A stretch of 64,000 nucleotides of DNA from IMG/VR virus record IMGVR_UViG_3300036760_000193, positions 27,395 through 91,394 of that record. One strand, 5' to 3'. This DNA is from a virus. Lineage: Duplodnaviria; Heunggongvirae; Uroviricota; Caudoviricetes. The first letter of the stretch is position 1, and every line of letters starts with the position of its first letter. The notes beneath the pieces are model-generated. The model made no database searches, was not told the DNA's origin, and saw nothing but the letters and a program-made list of their open reading frames with translations. The position numbers were made by a program, and so were the translations under genes. Shown here one piece after another: positions 1 through 9,996 of this stretch.

Positions 1-321
1 TTCAAATGACAACGATTCGTCAATCAATTCAACATATGCTTTCGCACCGAATTTCTCAACACTGGTCTTAGAGACCTTCCAACCTTCATTGTGCATCTTG
101 TCTAGGATTGGGTCTAACGCCGCTTTATGGCCTACCAGTTCGTAACGGTCAGAAACAATGGCAAGCGTTTTAGCAGTGTCCGTTCGAGTAACACCAATGA
201 AACCAGGAATGACAACGCCATTCTGGTTAAAGATGGGCTGCTTCTGAACGGGAATATCCAACAGCCTCAATGATTCTAGGCCGTTTTGCGTGGCTTTCTT
301 CGTGGCAGTGAGTGTTTCCAT
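1..321 (-). CDS. hypothetical protein; N-terminal part in window, continues past the window edge
   Basis: ATG at 321-319 with GGAGG SD at 328-332; open frame (METLTATKKATQNG...) runs to position 1; promoter P1 just upstream. Confidence 0.5.
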   Translation of the reverse strand, partial: METLTATKKATQNGLESLRLLDIPVQKQPIFNQNGVVIPGFIGVTRTDTAKTLAIVSDRYELVGHKAALDPILDKMHNEGWKVSKTSVEKFGAKAYVELIDESLSFE

Positions 322-356
322 AATGTGCCTCCCTTGCTTCGATTTGGTTACAATAC

Positions 357-385
357 AGTATACCATGTTTTCCTGGTTTTGTCAA
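357..385 (-). promoter_or_regulatory. sigma70-type promoter P1 (-35 TTGACA 385-380, 17-nt spacer, -10 TATACT 362-357)
   Basis: Minus strand reads TTGACA-N17-TATACT; member of the repeated TATACCATG...TTGTCAAGGG family. Confidence 0.6.
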
Positions 386-858
386 GGGTTTATTGACACT
401 CAAAAAATAGGAGGTTGATGGGTCTTCTACGGACTGAACCCAGGGAACCTGAATTCACCCGTGCCTTATTCGTTTATTCGGCACCGACCCACCAACCGAG
501 GGGGAACTACACTACATTGTACATCAATACTGCTGAAAAGTCAAGGCTTTTTGAAAGCCCCTATCAACGCCATAATCACGTCGTATACCAACGCCAATGG
601 CGATAGAATTATAACAAACCAAAATGGGGCTGTGAAAAACATCAAGAACGGATGATTTCCCGCGAACGTGAAAAACATCCTGATTATTTCAAGCAGCATT
701 ACGCCGCCTTCTCTTTGCTTCTGCCCGTTTCTTCTTGTTCCCTTTCTTAATTCTTCGTTCTACCGACTTGAAAAAAGTCTTATCCCGCCTCTGCATGGTG
801 TTCTCCTGTGGAACTCGTTTCTACATTATACGTAATAAACGTGTGTCTGTCAACCTAA

Positions 859-2118
859 TTATTTGGAATCGCGGAACGAAAGGAAAATTGGAAATCTCAA
901 ACTCTCCTTACCTTCCGTCACTTCAAAGCCTTTCAACTTTATCCACTGCCGCACATAGGGGTATGGATTCTTCCAAATCTCTGTCCGCTGTGCCTCAGTG
1001 AATCCAGAACCCACACTGACGGCGTTTCTAATTCCTTCCACTTCAACAATGAAAGAACCCAGCATACCTTTGTGTTGTCCTGTGCCTTCTTCAAATCCAA
1101 TTATCTGTCCATCGTATTCGTCATGTGGTTTTAATTTCATCATGATGCCGCTCTTCACCGTAACGCGCTTCCATTGATATGCGCCATTTGGGTCTTTCAA
1201 CATCAATCCCTCGAAACCTTGATCCAATGCCCACTGATAGAAATTCTGCACAGCGGCTTCATTTTGCAAATCTTCACTCGTTACAACGCTGACATTCTTA
1301 ACACCTTCTTTATTCCATTGCTTCACAGCGATTGCCAAATTGTTTATGCGTGTCAGATAAACGTATACACTTTTCTGACATGCCCATTCATCTTCTCTCA
1401 TGAAATCATACGCGCAATAGTAAATGCCGTCCAACGGCTTATCCTCAGAATTCAAGATGGAAGCGATCTCATTAAAAGATAGTGTATCAGAGTAAAGCTC
1501 TCCGTCAATCACATGCTTGGTGTTTCTCTTCACGAACTCTTCAAAGTATTTGTTTAGATTCTCGTTACGCACAGGCTTACCGTTGCGCCCCATGAATACC
1601 CGCTCTTTAGGAAAGTATACGCACCTGAACCCGTCCAGTTTCGTCTGAGCTATGATGGGGTACTTTATGTCAGCCAGCTTCGGTTGTTTGGCGTCCGCCA
1701 ACATCAATCCGAACTCTGGAATTAATCGCGGCTTCACCTTATTTATAAGTTTAGCCCCGAAGTTCAGAGGCTCTTTTAAGAGGATGGTTTGAAATACCCA
1801 AGCTTCATCTTCATTGCAGTCTTTGAAGAAGTCATAAACTGCGGCCAAGGCTTCATGACCTGTCACTGTTCTCCGATGTAAAATTCCAGTGAGTTGAAGG
1901 AAACGATCATAGTTGGTGCTGTTCATGAACGGAAATGCTTTGGCGTCTGGCCGTGCCACTGGGAGCTTCGTCACATAGAACTGACGGAACGGATTTAGAT
2001 GAAGCTCTAGAAGTTGGAACAATTTGAAATTGCTCACATTGTCCTTTAACAGCTTCTCCTTTTCTTTGGTGGAAGCGGTGTTGGAAATCTTCTCTATGAT
2101 CTCTCGTAAGTCTTTCAT
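859..2118 (-). CDS. lig: ATP-dependent DNA ligase
   Basis: KxDG adenylation motif (TKLDGFRCVYF), OB-fold C-terminal region. ORF table starts at GTG 2145; ATG 2118 has GGGGGAG SD and overlaps the upstream stop as TAATG. Confidence 0.8.
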   Translation of the reverse strand: MKDLREIIEKISNTASTKEKEKLLKDNVSNFKLFQLLELHLNPFRQFYVTKLPVARPDAKAFPFMNSTNYDRFLQLTGILHRRTVTGHEALAAVYDFFKDCNEDEAWVFQTILLKEPLNFGAKLINKVKPRLIPEFGLMLADAKQPKLADIKYPIIAQTKLDGFRCVYFPKERVFMGRNGKPVRNENLNKYFEEFVKRNTKHVIDGELYSDTLSFNEIASILNSEDKPLDGIYYCAYDFMREDEWACQKSVYVYLTRINNLAIAVKQWNKEGVKNVSVVTSEDLQNEAAVQNFYQWALDQGFEGLMLKDPNGAYQWKRVTVKSGIMMKLKPHDEYDGQIIGFEEGTGQHKGMLGSFIVEVEGIRNAVSVGSGFTEAQRTEIWKNPYPYVRQWIKLKGFEVTEGKESLRFPIFLSFRDSK

Positions 2119-2423
2119 TACTCCCCCTTTTCTTTCTTTAGCCACAGATCAATGTCATCTGATGAAATTACAAATCCATCTTGTGCTGCCGCAACAATAA
2201 ATTTGTACTTGAATGCCTGATAATAATGAAGCGCGGTTGATCTGCCATACAATTCTAACAGGATCGCCAACGCTAACTGAGAAGGGCCACTGCCGCCATA
2301 GCCCCATTCAAATCCTGTTGGGGAATGGGAATACACTTCCAAAGACGGTTCCAGTGTAAGTTGTTCACCATCTATAAAAACTTCCGCCCCATTCTTTGTC
2401 CGTTTTCCTATGAAAAGCTTCAT
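2118..2423 (-). CDS. hypothetical protein (101 aa), possibly leaderless
   Basis: ATG at 2423 lies 6 nt downstream of the P2 -10 (TATAAT-atagat-ATG). Confidence 0.5.
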   Translation of the reverse strand: MKLFIGKRTKNGAEVFIDGEQLTLEPSLEVYSHSPTGFEWGYGGSGPSQLALAILLELYGRSTALHYYQAFKYKFIVAAAQDGFVISSDDIDLWLKKEKGE

Positions 2424-2429
2424 ATCTAT

Positions 2430-2458
2430 ATTATACCAGATAAATTACAATTTGTCAA
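2430..2458 (-). promoter_or_regulatory. sigma70-type promoter P2 (TTGACA-17-TATAAT)
   Basis: Plus tgtcaa 2453-2458 and attata 2430-2435; exact consensus on the minus strand. Confidence 0.6.
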
Positions 2459-2464
2459 TGGCTT

Positions 2465-2863
2465 TCATCTTGTCAAAGCTGGATGGTTGGGGCTTGTTAC
2501 CATAATCAGCGAGAATCCAACGACTTCTACACATCTTGCATCTACATAAACAAAATCATTGTGACCTTGAAAACCTATAAATGGTGTGAATCCCGCTCTC
2601 GTATCATCCCATTCCACTATCTGATTTACTTCCGCACCCATGTACGAATATCGTACAACATCCCATCGGTAAATTAATGTTTCATTTTTATCTCTTAAAC
2701 CAGTGGATGGGAGAATAACAAACTCACCTCTGCTTGGAAATTCCACAAGCAACACGCCGTTCTCATCTATACGTTCCAAACGCGCACCTGTGGAACCTTG
2801 CGTCTGTAAAAACAGAGTTTGAATATCCCACACCTTATTTTTGTACCATGCTCTCAGTTGCAT
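2465..2863 (-). CDS. hypothetical protein (132 aa)
   Basis: Minus ORF tiling with neighbours; no motif recognised. Confidence 0.45.
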   Translation of the reverse strand: MQLRAWYKNKVWDIQTLFLQTQGSTGARLERIDENGVLLVEFPSRGEFVILPSTGLRDKNETLIYRWDVVRYSYMGAEVNQIVEWDDTRAGFTPFIGFQGHNDFVYVDARCVEVVGFSLIMVTSPNHPALTR

Positions 2864-3028
2864 AATTTCTCCTTAAATCATAGGCCAGATTACCCACCCT
2901 TTTCCAGTGAAACCGGACAAGGAGGAACCACAATACTAGGCTTGTACTGGCGAGGGTCTGCGTTATTGACACGAAGTACGGCCAGCAGTCCTTGCCTCCG
3001 TATCACCTAATACCACTCCGCTGCTGCG

Positions 3029-3457
3029 CTACTTAAATAGGTTCTTGAAATTCAACCACAGGCATTTGAAAAAACCATGTTGTGACTTGATATAATTTCT
3101 CTGAGCTTCCTGGGCTTGCTCTTGTTTTATTCTAGCTTCCAATGGATTCTTTTCGATCCACTGTCTATGTGACCACTCATCACTCTGAAATTCGTAATCT
3201 TTGAGATATTCTTTGGCGGCAAAATACTTGTCTGATTGAAGCTCTTTAAGAACGTCTTCCCCTCGAATCAAGGAACAGAACGCATTAATACCATCGCCGC
3301 CGAACTTCTCTTCCACTTCCAACATCTTTGGTAAATCTTGGATATCTACACGTTCCGCATCTGCACACGCATAATAGAATGTGTCATTACAATTAACGGA
3401 GACTTCAAAACAATACTTCTCTAGCATCTTGAAGAGAGGATCGGTTTTGAGATTCAT
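3029..3457 (-). CDS. hypothetical protein (142 aa)
   Basis: Minus ORF; ATGA overlap with the upstream gene. Confidence 0.45.
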   Translation of the reverse strand: MNLKTDPLFKMLEKYCFEVSVNCNDTFYYACADAERVDIQDLPKMLEVEEKFGGDGINAFCSLIRGEDVLKELQSDKYFAAKEYLKDYEFQSDEWSHRQWIEKNPLEARIKQEQAQEAQRNYIKSQHGFFKCLWLNFKNLFK

Positions 3458-3816
3458 TATTTTCTCCTTTTTCCCGCTTCAATCCCGCTCTTAAACTGCT
3501 CCGTCAATAATGTTTGCAGATTAGAAATAGTTGCGTCAGTAAACTTCGATACATCGAAATGATACGATAAAAAATTAACAGCCAATAAACGGGCTGTCAA
3601 TGCTGGTTGAGAACGTCGTTTCATTACACGCAAAATTCCTTCTTCATAATTACTAATGTACTTGATACCTTCTGTGGGGCGTATTTTTTTCAGACGACGC
3701 TGTTCTTTACGATCTTCTACAAGATACATCGCAAGAGGTACAGTTTTCAAAAGTCTAGAAAGCTCTTTATATTTCGCCCGTGCTGTTCTTGCATACTTCC
3801 TATTTGCTTCGCTCAT
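3457..3816 (-). CDS. hypothetical basic protein (119 aa)
   Basis: Minus ORF, K/R-rich. Confidence 0.45.
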   Translation of the reverse strand: MSEANRKYARTARAKYKELSRLLKTVPLAMYLVEDRKEQRRLKKIRPTEGIKYISNYEEGILRVMKRRSQPALTARLLAVNFLSYHFDVSKFTDATISNLQTLLTEQFKSGIEAGKRRK

Positions 3817-3920
3817 TTTGTGTTACCTCCGTTTTTTGTGGTATTTGATCGACTACTTTAGCTTTCATGGTCAAACTCAAGACCCAAAAGAAAATGATAT
3901 GGACGGCTATGATAGGCATG

Positions 3921-4175
3921 TTACCTCCAGGCGTTATCAAAGTCATATCGAAGCTGTTCATTCTCAGCTTCTAGACGTTTGATCTCTTCCAATAGGAATT
4001 GAATATCGTCGGGAATTATAATCTTCCCGCCGTTCAATGGTAGAAACTCAACAGAAGTCTTATAGTTGTGGACGGCATCCCACAACCTAAAGAATCTATC
4101 AACTCTGTTTTCTTCTGGTCTATTTGACATATCCAAAACTTTTGGCAGCATCGGGGTTTTCCAGCAGGTGTCCAA
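3921..4175 (-). CDS. hypothetical protein; start uncertain (TTG at 4175 or internal ATG 4151/4130)
   Basis: Minus ORF; overlaps the upstream gene's end. Confidence 0.35.
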   Translation of the reverse strand: MDTCWKTPMLPKVLDMSNRPEENRVDRFFRLWDAVHNYKTSVEFLPLNGGKIIIPDDIQFLLEEIKRLEAENEQLRYDFDNAWR

Positions 4176-4389
4176 GAACAGCTAGAGCATGTTCAAGCTC
4201 CCAATCACCGCGAATGAATTGTTTAACTTTATTGTCATAAATTCGGACAAAGGTTCCTGTGGGTTTTCCACTACCTTTAGAATTATAAATATAAAACATC
4301 TTCGTTGTGAATCTAGTTTTTCTCACTTTAACGCGCTTCAATGCTTTGAGTGATTTGCGCCATTTTGCTATTTTCTTTGTTTTTGGCAT
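4120..4389 (-). CDS. hypothetical basic protein (89 aa)
   Basis: Minus ORF, K-rich N-terminus. Confidence 0.45.
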   Translation of the reverse strand: MPKTKKIAKWRKSLKALKRVKVRKTRFTTKMFYIYNSKGSGKPTGTFVRIYDNKVKQFIRGDWELEHALAVLGHLLENPDAAKSFGYVK

Positions 4390-4406
4390 AGTGTTCTCCT
4401 TGTGTA

Positions 4407-4955
4407 TTATACGTTCTTTTTACGGGTTTGTCTACGTTTCTTTCTAGCTCTGGGTTTCTTCTTGGCACCTGTGACAGCATCGTAAACTTCCATCATCTGA
4501 GACAACTCAATCGGTGAAGCTAAATGTGCCAGATCAACGGTGCAGGTGATTGACTCCAACAAAAATTCTCGGCTCTTATCATGTCTTAAAGATTGATACA
4601 CGCCATTGATGTATTGCATGATACCGCCCCGTGTCACATCATTGGCGGGTTCCCGTTTGTTAAGAGCCTCTTCCAACATCCGATGGAACTTTCTCAAGAG
4701 CAACCATTTCTTGAACGGCATCTCTCTCCGACAACTGATACAAAATCTATTACGGATATCAAACTTCTTGTTCCAATCAAATTGATAGTTATTGTAACAG
4801 TTCAAACAGGTTTGATAGGAAACAGCCTGTTCTGTAGTTTCATCATCATAACTATAGGTTTTGGTGGTAAGCCAACGCGAATAGGGAAGTCGCGTGATTT
4901 GCTTACGCCTGGGATTTTTCCGAATTGTTCTCTTTCTTGGCGGCATTGATCGCAT
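4407..4955 (-). CDS. hypothetical Cys-rich, very basic protein (182 aa)
   Basis: CLNC...C...CISCRRE motif; basic termini. Confidence 0.45.
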   Translation of the reverse strand: MRSMPPRKRTIRKNPRRKQITRLPYSRWLTTKTYSYDDETTEQAVSYQTCLNCYNNYQFDWNKKFDIRNRFCISCRREMPFKKWLLLRKFHRMLEEALNKREPANDVTRGGIMQYINGVYQSLRHDKSREFLLESITCTVDLAHLASPIELSQMMEVYDAVTGAKKKPRARKKRRQTRKKNV

Positions 4956-5388
4956 CCTTTATAATTTCTTCCATCGTTGACCTATAGACTTCAATCCTTT
5001 CACAGGCTTCGAGGTTATCTATTTTCTTGGGGTGAACATCATCAAAAATCAAAACGTCTCCAAAGGTTTCCGTGGTACGTTCTCTCCAAGGCCCAAGCTG
5101 ACTAAACTCCACAAATATGCTCCCAGTTTCGTCAACGCCATGAAAGGACAAATGCTTTAGAGACCACGGAATGTGCATCAGAATTGAACTTAGAACACCT
5201 CGCGGTATAACCAGATCATAATTGTCAGCACCCATCGCGTAGTAGACCATCGTATCAGTGACTGGCTCCGTATATAGAATGTATCTTGAATACGGCTCAT
5301 CTCTATTCACTGGTTCCCCGACAAATTTCTCTGCCATTTCTTTTGCTGCTTGGTGCGCCATTAAGAGTTCTCTGTAGCCTTCAAACAT
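4903..5388 (-). CDS. hypothetical protein (161 aa)
   Basis: Minus ORF. Confidence 0.45.
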   Translation of the reverse strand: MFEGYRELLMAHQAAKEMAEKFVGEPVNRDEPYSRYILYTEPVTDTMVYYAMGADNYDLVIPRGVLSSILMHIPWSLKHLSFHGVDETGSIFVEFSQLGPWRERTTETFGDVLIFDDVHPKKIDNLEACERIEVYRSTMEEIIKDAINAAKKENNSEKSQA

Positions 5389-5663
5389 AACTTCTCCGCG
5401 ATATACTGGTCAGCCAATCGTTTAACAAGCAACATGAGCCTGGCGGTGGAATCGTCTATATTACCTTCAAACCGCAAAACATTATCCTTGAAACCAATCT
5501 GGGCGATCTTCTCTCCATCTTTCCCCATGATATGAATTTCATGGTGGTTTTCAGCGGGTATCAATAGAATCATTTCTGATTGTGTGCCTTCACTGAATTT
5601 TAATACATTTGAATCTGGTACGCTATCAAATGTCCAATCACTCATATTATGCACACTTAACAA
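5361..5663 (-). CDS. hypothetical protein (100 aa)
   Basis: Minus ORF. Confidence 0.4.
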   Translation of the reverse strand: MLSVHNMSDWTFDSVPDSNVLKFSEGTQSEMILLIPAENHHEIHIMGKDGEKIAQIGFKDNVLRFEGNIDDSTARLMLLVKRLADQYIAEKLCLKATENS

Positions 5664-5889
5664 TCCAACCCATTATCTTCTTGAAGCACCTGCAACAAAC
5701 CCAATTCGTCAAAGGGTGATGAGGAAGTACAATTTCTTTACCCTCTACCATTATTCTACTAACCGCCTCATCTGCACATTGCTCAACTTTATGAGAAGCG
5801 GGACGCTTACACATAGAACATTTCTCTCCCACATACGATGGGTCTATCAAGTGTGGGATCGTCATTTTTAATTTCTTCTGAATAGCCAT
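5647..5889 (-). CDS. hypothetical zinc-ribbon protein (80 aa)
   Basis: CSMCKRP...CCRC motif. Confidence 0.45.
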   Translation of the reverse strand: MAIQKKLKMTIPHLIDPSYVGEKCSMCKRPASHKVEQCADEAVSRIMVEGKEIVLPHHPLTNWVCCRCFKKIMGWIVKCA

Positions 5890-6251
5890 TAGTCCTCCGC
5901 AACTCCGTCTCTGATTTTACTGCCCCACATTTCGCTGCCCATTTCTAGTTCACGCTTGAACGACTGGAAGTTTTCAATCGCCGCTTCTTTGGTCGGCTCT
6001 GGTTTAAGAAGCTTCGTAAGACAAGTAGACGTACACCGAAGAACGTAGTGAGAGCCAGTGCTGCTGACAGTAATTTCACCATAACACAGTGGGCATTCCA
6101 GCTTACTGTCCACTCCCCTGTTCCTTTGCAAGCTTCTCAGCGGCCTCGACTTTCGCCTTTTTACGGGCACGACGCTCTTCTGCATAAGCAGAAGAATTGA
6201 ACGCAAAAGTATTCTTGCGTTGGCTCTTACGCTGTTTCCGTGTTGCACCAT
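5889..6251 (-). CDS. hypothetical protein (120 aa), Cys-containing
   Basis: Minus ORF; CPLC...C..C motif. Confidence 0.45.
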   Translation of the reverse strand: MVQHGNSVRANARILLRSILLLMQKSVVPVKRRKSRPLRSLQRNRGVDSKLECPLCYGEITVSSTGSHYVLRCTSTCLTKLLKPEPTKEAAIENFQSFKRELEMGSEMWGSKIRDGVAED

Positions 6252-6286
6252 CTGCTACTGTTGCGTACTTCTTGAATGCTGGCATG

Positions 6287-6745
6287 TTAGTCAATCCTCC
6301 CTGGTGATTCGTATTTAGCTCTCAATCTCAAATATTCTTCTGATTCTCGCTTAACTTGTTCCTCGGCATCTTTCATCGCTTTCTCTTGCTTAAGCTGTTC
6401 TTGCTTTGTTTTGTAAGCTTCCATCCCTTCTATGAACAACGGATTGGAAAACAGGCGGGTTAGCCAACCGCCCACGTCAGAAACATCCCATTCCTTCTCG
6501 TTTCGTTCTGTTGGCACCGACACATCTTGAAACTCTACATATTCTTGTTCTAAAATGTCGTACTCAGATAGAGGAAATCCCCAAATACGATTAGGAACCA
6601 ATCGTTCGATAGCTCTATTCTCAAGGTCGTATAAAGTATCTGCTATAATTGTAATACGATCTAAGTCATCGTAGCAACTGCCACAATGTTGTTTCGGCAT
6701 TATCTGAAGCCGGTACTTAGTCTTGAGTTGGGCTGTTACTTCCAT
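6287..6745 (-). CDS. hypothetical protein (152 aa)
   Basis: Minus ORF. Confidence 0.45.
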   Translation of the reverse strand: MEVTAQLKTKYRLQIMPKQHCGSCYDDLDRITIIADTLYDLENRAIERLVPNRIWGFPLSEYDILEQEYVEFQDVSVPTERNEKEWDVSDVGGWLTRLFSNPLFIEGMEAYKTKQEQLKQEKAMKDAEEQVKRESEEYLRLRAKYESPGRID

Positions 6746-7232
6746 TTGTTTCCTCCGTAGGCGATGGAGCTACTGGCGTACACTCCATCACATCATTTAT
6801 AACAGGTCGCGGTCGTCTCAATATTGTGTACTTGATAAAGTTCTTTGTATCGTGTAAAAACCAATGGATTCGGCTTCGCAGTTTCCAATGCCATTTGCTG
6901 TTCCGCTCATCGACATCATACCAAGTCTTCCCCCCATCTTCTGAGAATTTGGCGGGATCGCGGCGGTTCTGCCATACTCCCTTACCATTAAAATATTGTG
7001 TCACTTCCATCCATTCTGTAGGATTAGAGGATATGGGTGTCAAGGTTCTGAACCTCGCTACCCTATTAAAGATTTCCAAGGTCATGCCAGCTGAGAATCC
7101 TGAGTGTCCCTGGGCTGCAAACTTTTCTACCAATTCCAATACTGCATTGCCAAGCATTCCGTCATAGTCGCTGTCTTTGTCAAACAGTCCAGCGCGAGTC
7201 AATTCTTCTTTTGCGTGTTGTACTAAGCTCAT
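6717..7232 (-). CDS. hypothetical protein (171 aa)
   Basis: Minus ORF. Confidence 0.45.
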   Translation of the reverse strand: MSLVQHAKEELTRAGLFDKDSDYDGMLGNAVLELVEKFAAQGHSGFSAGMTLEIFNRVARFRTLTPISSNPTEWMEVTQYFNGKGVWQNRRDPAKFSEDGGKTWYDVDERNSKWHWKLRSRIHWFLHDTKNFIKYTILRRPRPVINDVMECTPVAPSPTEETNGSNSPTQD

Positions 7233-7444
7233 TGTTGGTCTCCTTGTATTTCCTTTGTAACAAAGGCATCCGCCTCGTCTTCTATTAATTGAGACAAAAA
7301 TCCCACCAATGATATTCTTCGCTCCATTAACTCATGTTTATGAAGATCATGCACAATATAACCTGTCATGGGTTTTAGAATATCTAAGGCTTTGTCAATC
7401 TCTCGTATTAAACGATGTATTTCTAACTTCTTTTCTTCATTCAT
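7229..7444 (-). CDS. hypothetical protein (71 aa)
   Basis: Minus ORF with ATGA overlaps. Confidence 0.4.
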   Translation of the reverse strand: MNEEKKLEIHRLIREIDKALDILKPMTGYIVHDLHKHELMERRISLVGFLSQLIEDEADAFVTKEIQGDQQ

Positions 7445-8139
7445 AAAATGTTCTTTCGGAAGGGTTCAAAGACTTTGCGAAATGGTTTGGCTGCTCTCTT
7501 CATACTTTTTGAAGTCATGGTAAAGTGAAGGCCAGTTGCCAAGTACGCCTGAGCCTCATCATCATAAACATTGTTTGCGTATCCACGGCCTTTCAGCTTT
7601 TTCTTCATTGTACGCCAAATTTGTTCTGGAAGTTTATTTATAAGTTTCCCCATTGTCCTTTGGTATTCAGAGTTGGTAGAAAACAACGCATGAGCTAATT
7701 CATGACGCAAAGTCTGTTGGTCTTCTTTAGGGTTCATGACGCCAATCAAATAGAATTTATTATCTTGGTGCTGCTGAGATATAATCTTTAGCACTGTGCT
7801 GTACATCAAATCATCATAGGGCGTCCACATGTCATATTCAGAAGTCCTAAGTTCTTTCAAGACTGGTATAATTACATGACTTGGAAGGTTGAACCCAACA
7901 TAATCTGTGGGGTATGTGAAAGCTCCATCACCATACTTCTTTGAATACCATTCCATGAAATCAGAGATCGTAAAGAACTTCTCACGGAATTTGGGGGATT
8001 CGTAGTATTCCTGGTAACGTAAAAATGTCATGCTTAGGTCGTAAGCATTATTGAATTCTAGACAATAGATTTTATCGGCCAGCTTTCTTAACTTTGGCTT
8101 TTGCACAGGATATCTCCAACTCATGTAATAAATCTGCAA
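7441..8139 (-). CDS. putative Zn-metallopeptidase-like protein (HExxH)
   Basis: HELAHALF motif; start uncertain (several in-frame Met). Confidence 0.4.
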   Translation of the reverse strand: MQIYYMSWRYPVQKPKLRKLADKIYCLEFNNAYDLSMTFLRYQEYYESPKFREKFFTISDFMEWYSKKYGDGAFTYPTDYVGFNLPSHVIIPVLKELRTSEYDMWTPYDDLMYSTVLKIISQQHQDNKFYLIGVMNPKEDQQTLRHELAHALFSTNSEYQRTMGKLINKLPEQIWRTMKKKLKGRGYANNVYDDEAQAYLATGLHFTMTSKSMKRAAKPFRKVFEPFRKNIL

Positions 8140-8219
8140 GGGATGCGTACCTGCCCATCAAATAAGACCCGTTATATGAGGTTTTGTCTGCAAGGTGCCT
8201 TTCATAGGCTTTCCTGGCT

Positions 8220-8540
8220 TCAATCACTTTCTTCTGAACGATCTTCTCGAACGTCGTCACTGAATCTCTCCTTGAATCGTATTTTGTTCTTAACCTTTCT
8301 CAGAACATCATCCACTTCTTCTTGTCTTTGAAATGAAGCACGATCTTCTGATAATTTCTCATTCAACTTGTCCGTTGCTTTTGTCATGGCAATAGCAAAA
8401 TCCGTTAAGGCTCCCATCGCGGGTAACATTGAAATCCCAGAGGTTTTCTCCACCTCTAGTACATCGTTCTCAATGGCTGCATATAAATGTGTCAGCCTAT
8501 CATTAAGGGCGAATAGTTTTGACCACTCATTTCGTGTCAT
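8220..8540 (-). CDS. hypothetical protein (106 aa)
   Basis: Minus ORF. Confidence 0.4.
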   Translation of the reverse strand: MTRNEWSKLFALNDRLTHLYAAIENDVLEVEKTSGISMLPAMGALTDFAIAMTKATDKLNEKLSEDRASFQRQEEVDDVLRKVKNKIRFKERFSDDVREDRSEESD

Positions 8541-8660
8541 TGTAATTTATCCTCTTCTTTTGTAATGTCTTCGTCAGTTGGTTGATCTGGTTCCAACTTG
8601 AAATCCATAAGGGCTTTGAACGCATCGGCTAAGGCTTTCTGCCGTATCTTAGAAAATTCC

Positions 8661-9047
8661 TCAGACATGTTCTACTCTCAAAAAATCTGGTGAAAAGAAT
8701 CTGTCGCCCGTATGTTCGTTGTTACATGTCAAATCTACATCATACCCCGCAAACAGAGACGGGTGCATAACTCCTTGTCGATCTACGACTTGCCTACTAT
8801 AAACTTCTCGTAGAACGGTTCCCTTACAGTCTTCATAGAACCCGTGTTTCACTCGAACAAAAGCCCCCACTCCTAATGGTTGGGTGCTGTCCAAATAATT
8901 CTCACGAATCCCATGTATAACGGCTCCGATTACTAATACAGTGGACGCAATCAAAATGACTTTGATCTTCTGATCGAACGTCATTTTAATTCTCTTTAGC
9001 TTTCGCTTCTTTGTAAAGTTCCCACAGTCGGTCTGAAATGTCCGCAC
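8661..9047 (-). CDS. hypothetical membrane-anchored protein (128 aa)
   Basis: N-terminal hydrophobic segment ILIASTVLVIGAVIHGI. Confidence 0.45.
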   Translation of the reverse strand: MRTFQTDCGNFTKKRKLKRIKMTFDQKIKVILIASTVLVIGAVIHGIRENYLDSTQPLGVGAFVRVKHGFYEDCKGTVLREVYSRQVVDRQGVMHPSLFAGYDVDLTCNNEHTGDRFFSPDFLRVEHV

Positions 9048-9140
9048 CGAACGTGCTCATCACGTTCTTGGTGTACATGTTATCAGCCCACTGGAGAAGT
9101 TCTGAAAGCTCAGCCAATGACAACTCAACGATTAGCTTGC

Positions 9141-9377
9141 TCATAGAAGTCCCTCCGCTTTTAGTCTTGCGACATTGTGCTTAAGAGCTTGTGCCAAGAA
9201 CTGTTCTGGTGTAAGACCCGATACTTCAATGGCTCTCTGAATCAAATCTGCTGTCTTGCCATAGAAGAACACCCTGTTGCGGTACACTCTACATTGAACT
9301 TTCTTTTTACGTTTCATATTATATTTCCTCCACTTTGGTAAGTTCGACAATCTCCCACCCTTCGTATTCGTAATCAT
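9141..9377 (-). CDS. hypothetical basic protein (78 aa)
   Basis: Minus ORF. Confidence 0.4.
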   Translation of the reverse strand: MITNTKGGRLSNLPKWRKYNMKRKKKVQCRVYRNRVFFYGKTADLIQRAIEVSGLTPEQFLAQALKHNVARLKAEGLL

Positions 9378-9789
9378 TGTGATCGCGGATGATAGGCCAA
9401 GCTAGTCTGCCATCTTCGTTTTTTACAGCATCTAGGATTCTATCGTATTCGGCTTGGTCTACATTGTACTGCTTCAAATTTCTTTGATACTTATTAGCCT
9501 CCTCTCTTAAGACGGCCTGAACAGCGGTATTAATGGTTCGTTCTATTTCATCCAGAGAAATTTCTGGGTCTTCGGGTTTCTCTGGTTCACAATACCATCC
9601 CTCTGCAAACCTGCTTTTGACGATTTGCAGAGCCGCTGCATAAAGAACCTCGACGGTTGGAATAGCTACATGAACATCGCCATGCTTTTCATGTAAAATC
9701 AAAATAGAATCAGGGCTGACAAACTGTTCGTTGAATTTATCTATCCGCATAATGCGCTCTTCTGGTGTCAATTGTTTTGTCTTTTCCAT
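9319..9789 (-). CDS. hypothetical acidic protein (about 156 aa)
   Basis: ATG 9789 with AGGTGGA SD; table start at 9798 is GTG. Confidence 0.45.
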   Translation of the reverse strand: MEKTKQLTPEERIMRIDKFNEQFVSPDSILILHEKHGDVHVAIPTVEVLYAAALQIVKSRFAEGWYCEPEKPEDPEISLDEIERTINTAVQAVLREEANKYQRNLKQYNVDQAEYDRILDAVKNEDGRLAWPIIRDHNDYEYEGWEIVELTKVEEI

Positions 9790-9790
9790 A

Positions 9791-9937
9791 TTATCCACCT
9801 ATTCTCTTGACTGCGCCTTCGATCACTTCTACAATTCCAATCGCCAGAACACATGCCCAGCCGCCAAAGAGATGATACACGGCGACCGCTACCAAAATTT
9901 GCCCTACCAGCATTGGGATGTTAACTGTAAATTTCAT
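9791..9937 (-). CDS. small hydrophobic membrane protein (47 aa)
   Basis: ATG 9937 with AGGAGAA SD; MKFTVNIPMLVGQILVAVAVYHLFGGWACVLAIGIV; below the ORF-table size cutoff. Confidence 0.4.
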   Translation of the reverse strand: MKFTVNIPMLVGQILVAVAVYHLFGGWACVLAIGIVEVIEGAVKRIGG

Positions 9938-9953
9938 TTTATTCTCCTATACT

Positions 9954-9982
9954 ATTGTACATTCTTATTGTAACTTTGTCAA
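9954..9982 (-). promoter_or_regulatory. sigma70-type promoter P3 (TTGACA-17-TACAAT), weaker family member
   Basis: Plus tgtcaa 9977-9982 and attgta 9954-9959. Confidence 0.4.
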
Positions 9983-9996
9983 CCTAAATTTGTAAT

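Noticed and set aside
393-398. Plus-strand TTGACA at 393-398 as a possible plus-strand promoter
   Set aside because: No -10 element at the proper spacing and no plus-strand gene downstream.
6103-6294. 63-aa minus ORF overlapping 5889..6251 in another frame
   Set aside because: It is almost entirely contained within a longer minus ORF in a different frame and has no independent start context.
8072-8260. 62-aa minus ORF
   Set aside because: It overlaps both flanking genes by 41-68 nt in other frames. It cannot be distinguished from chance and is left unannotated.
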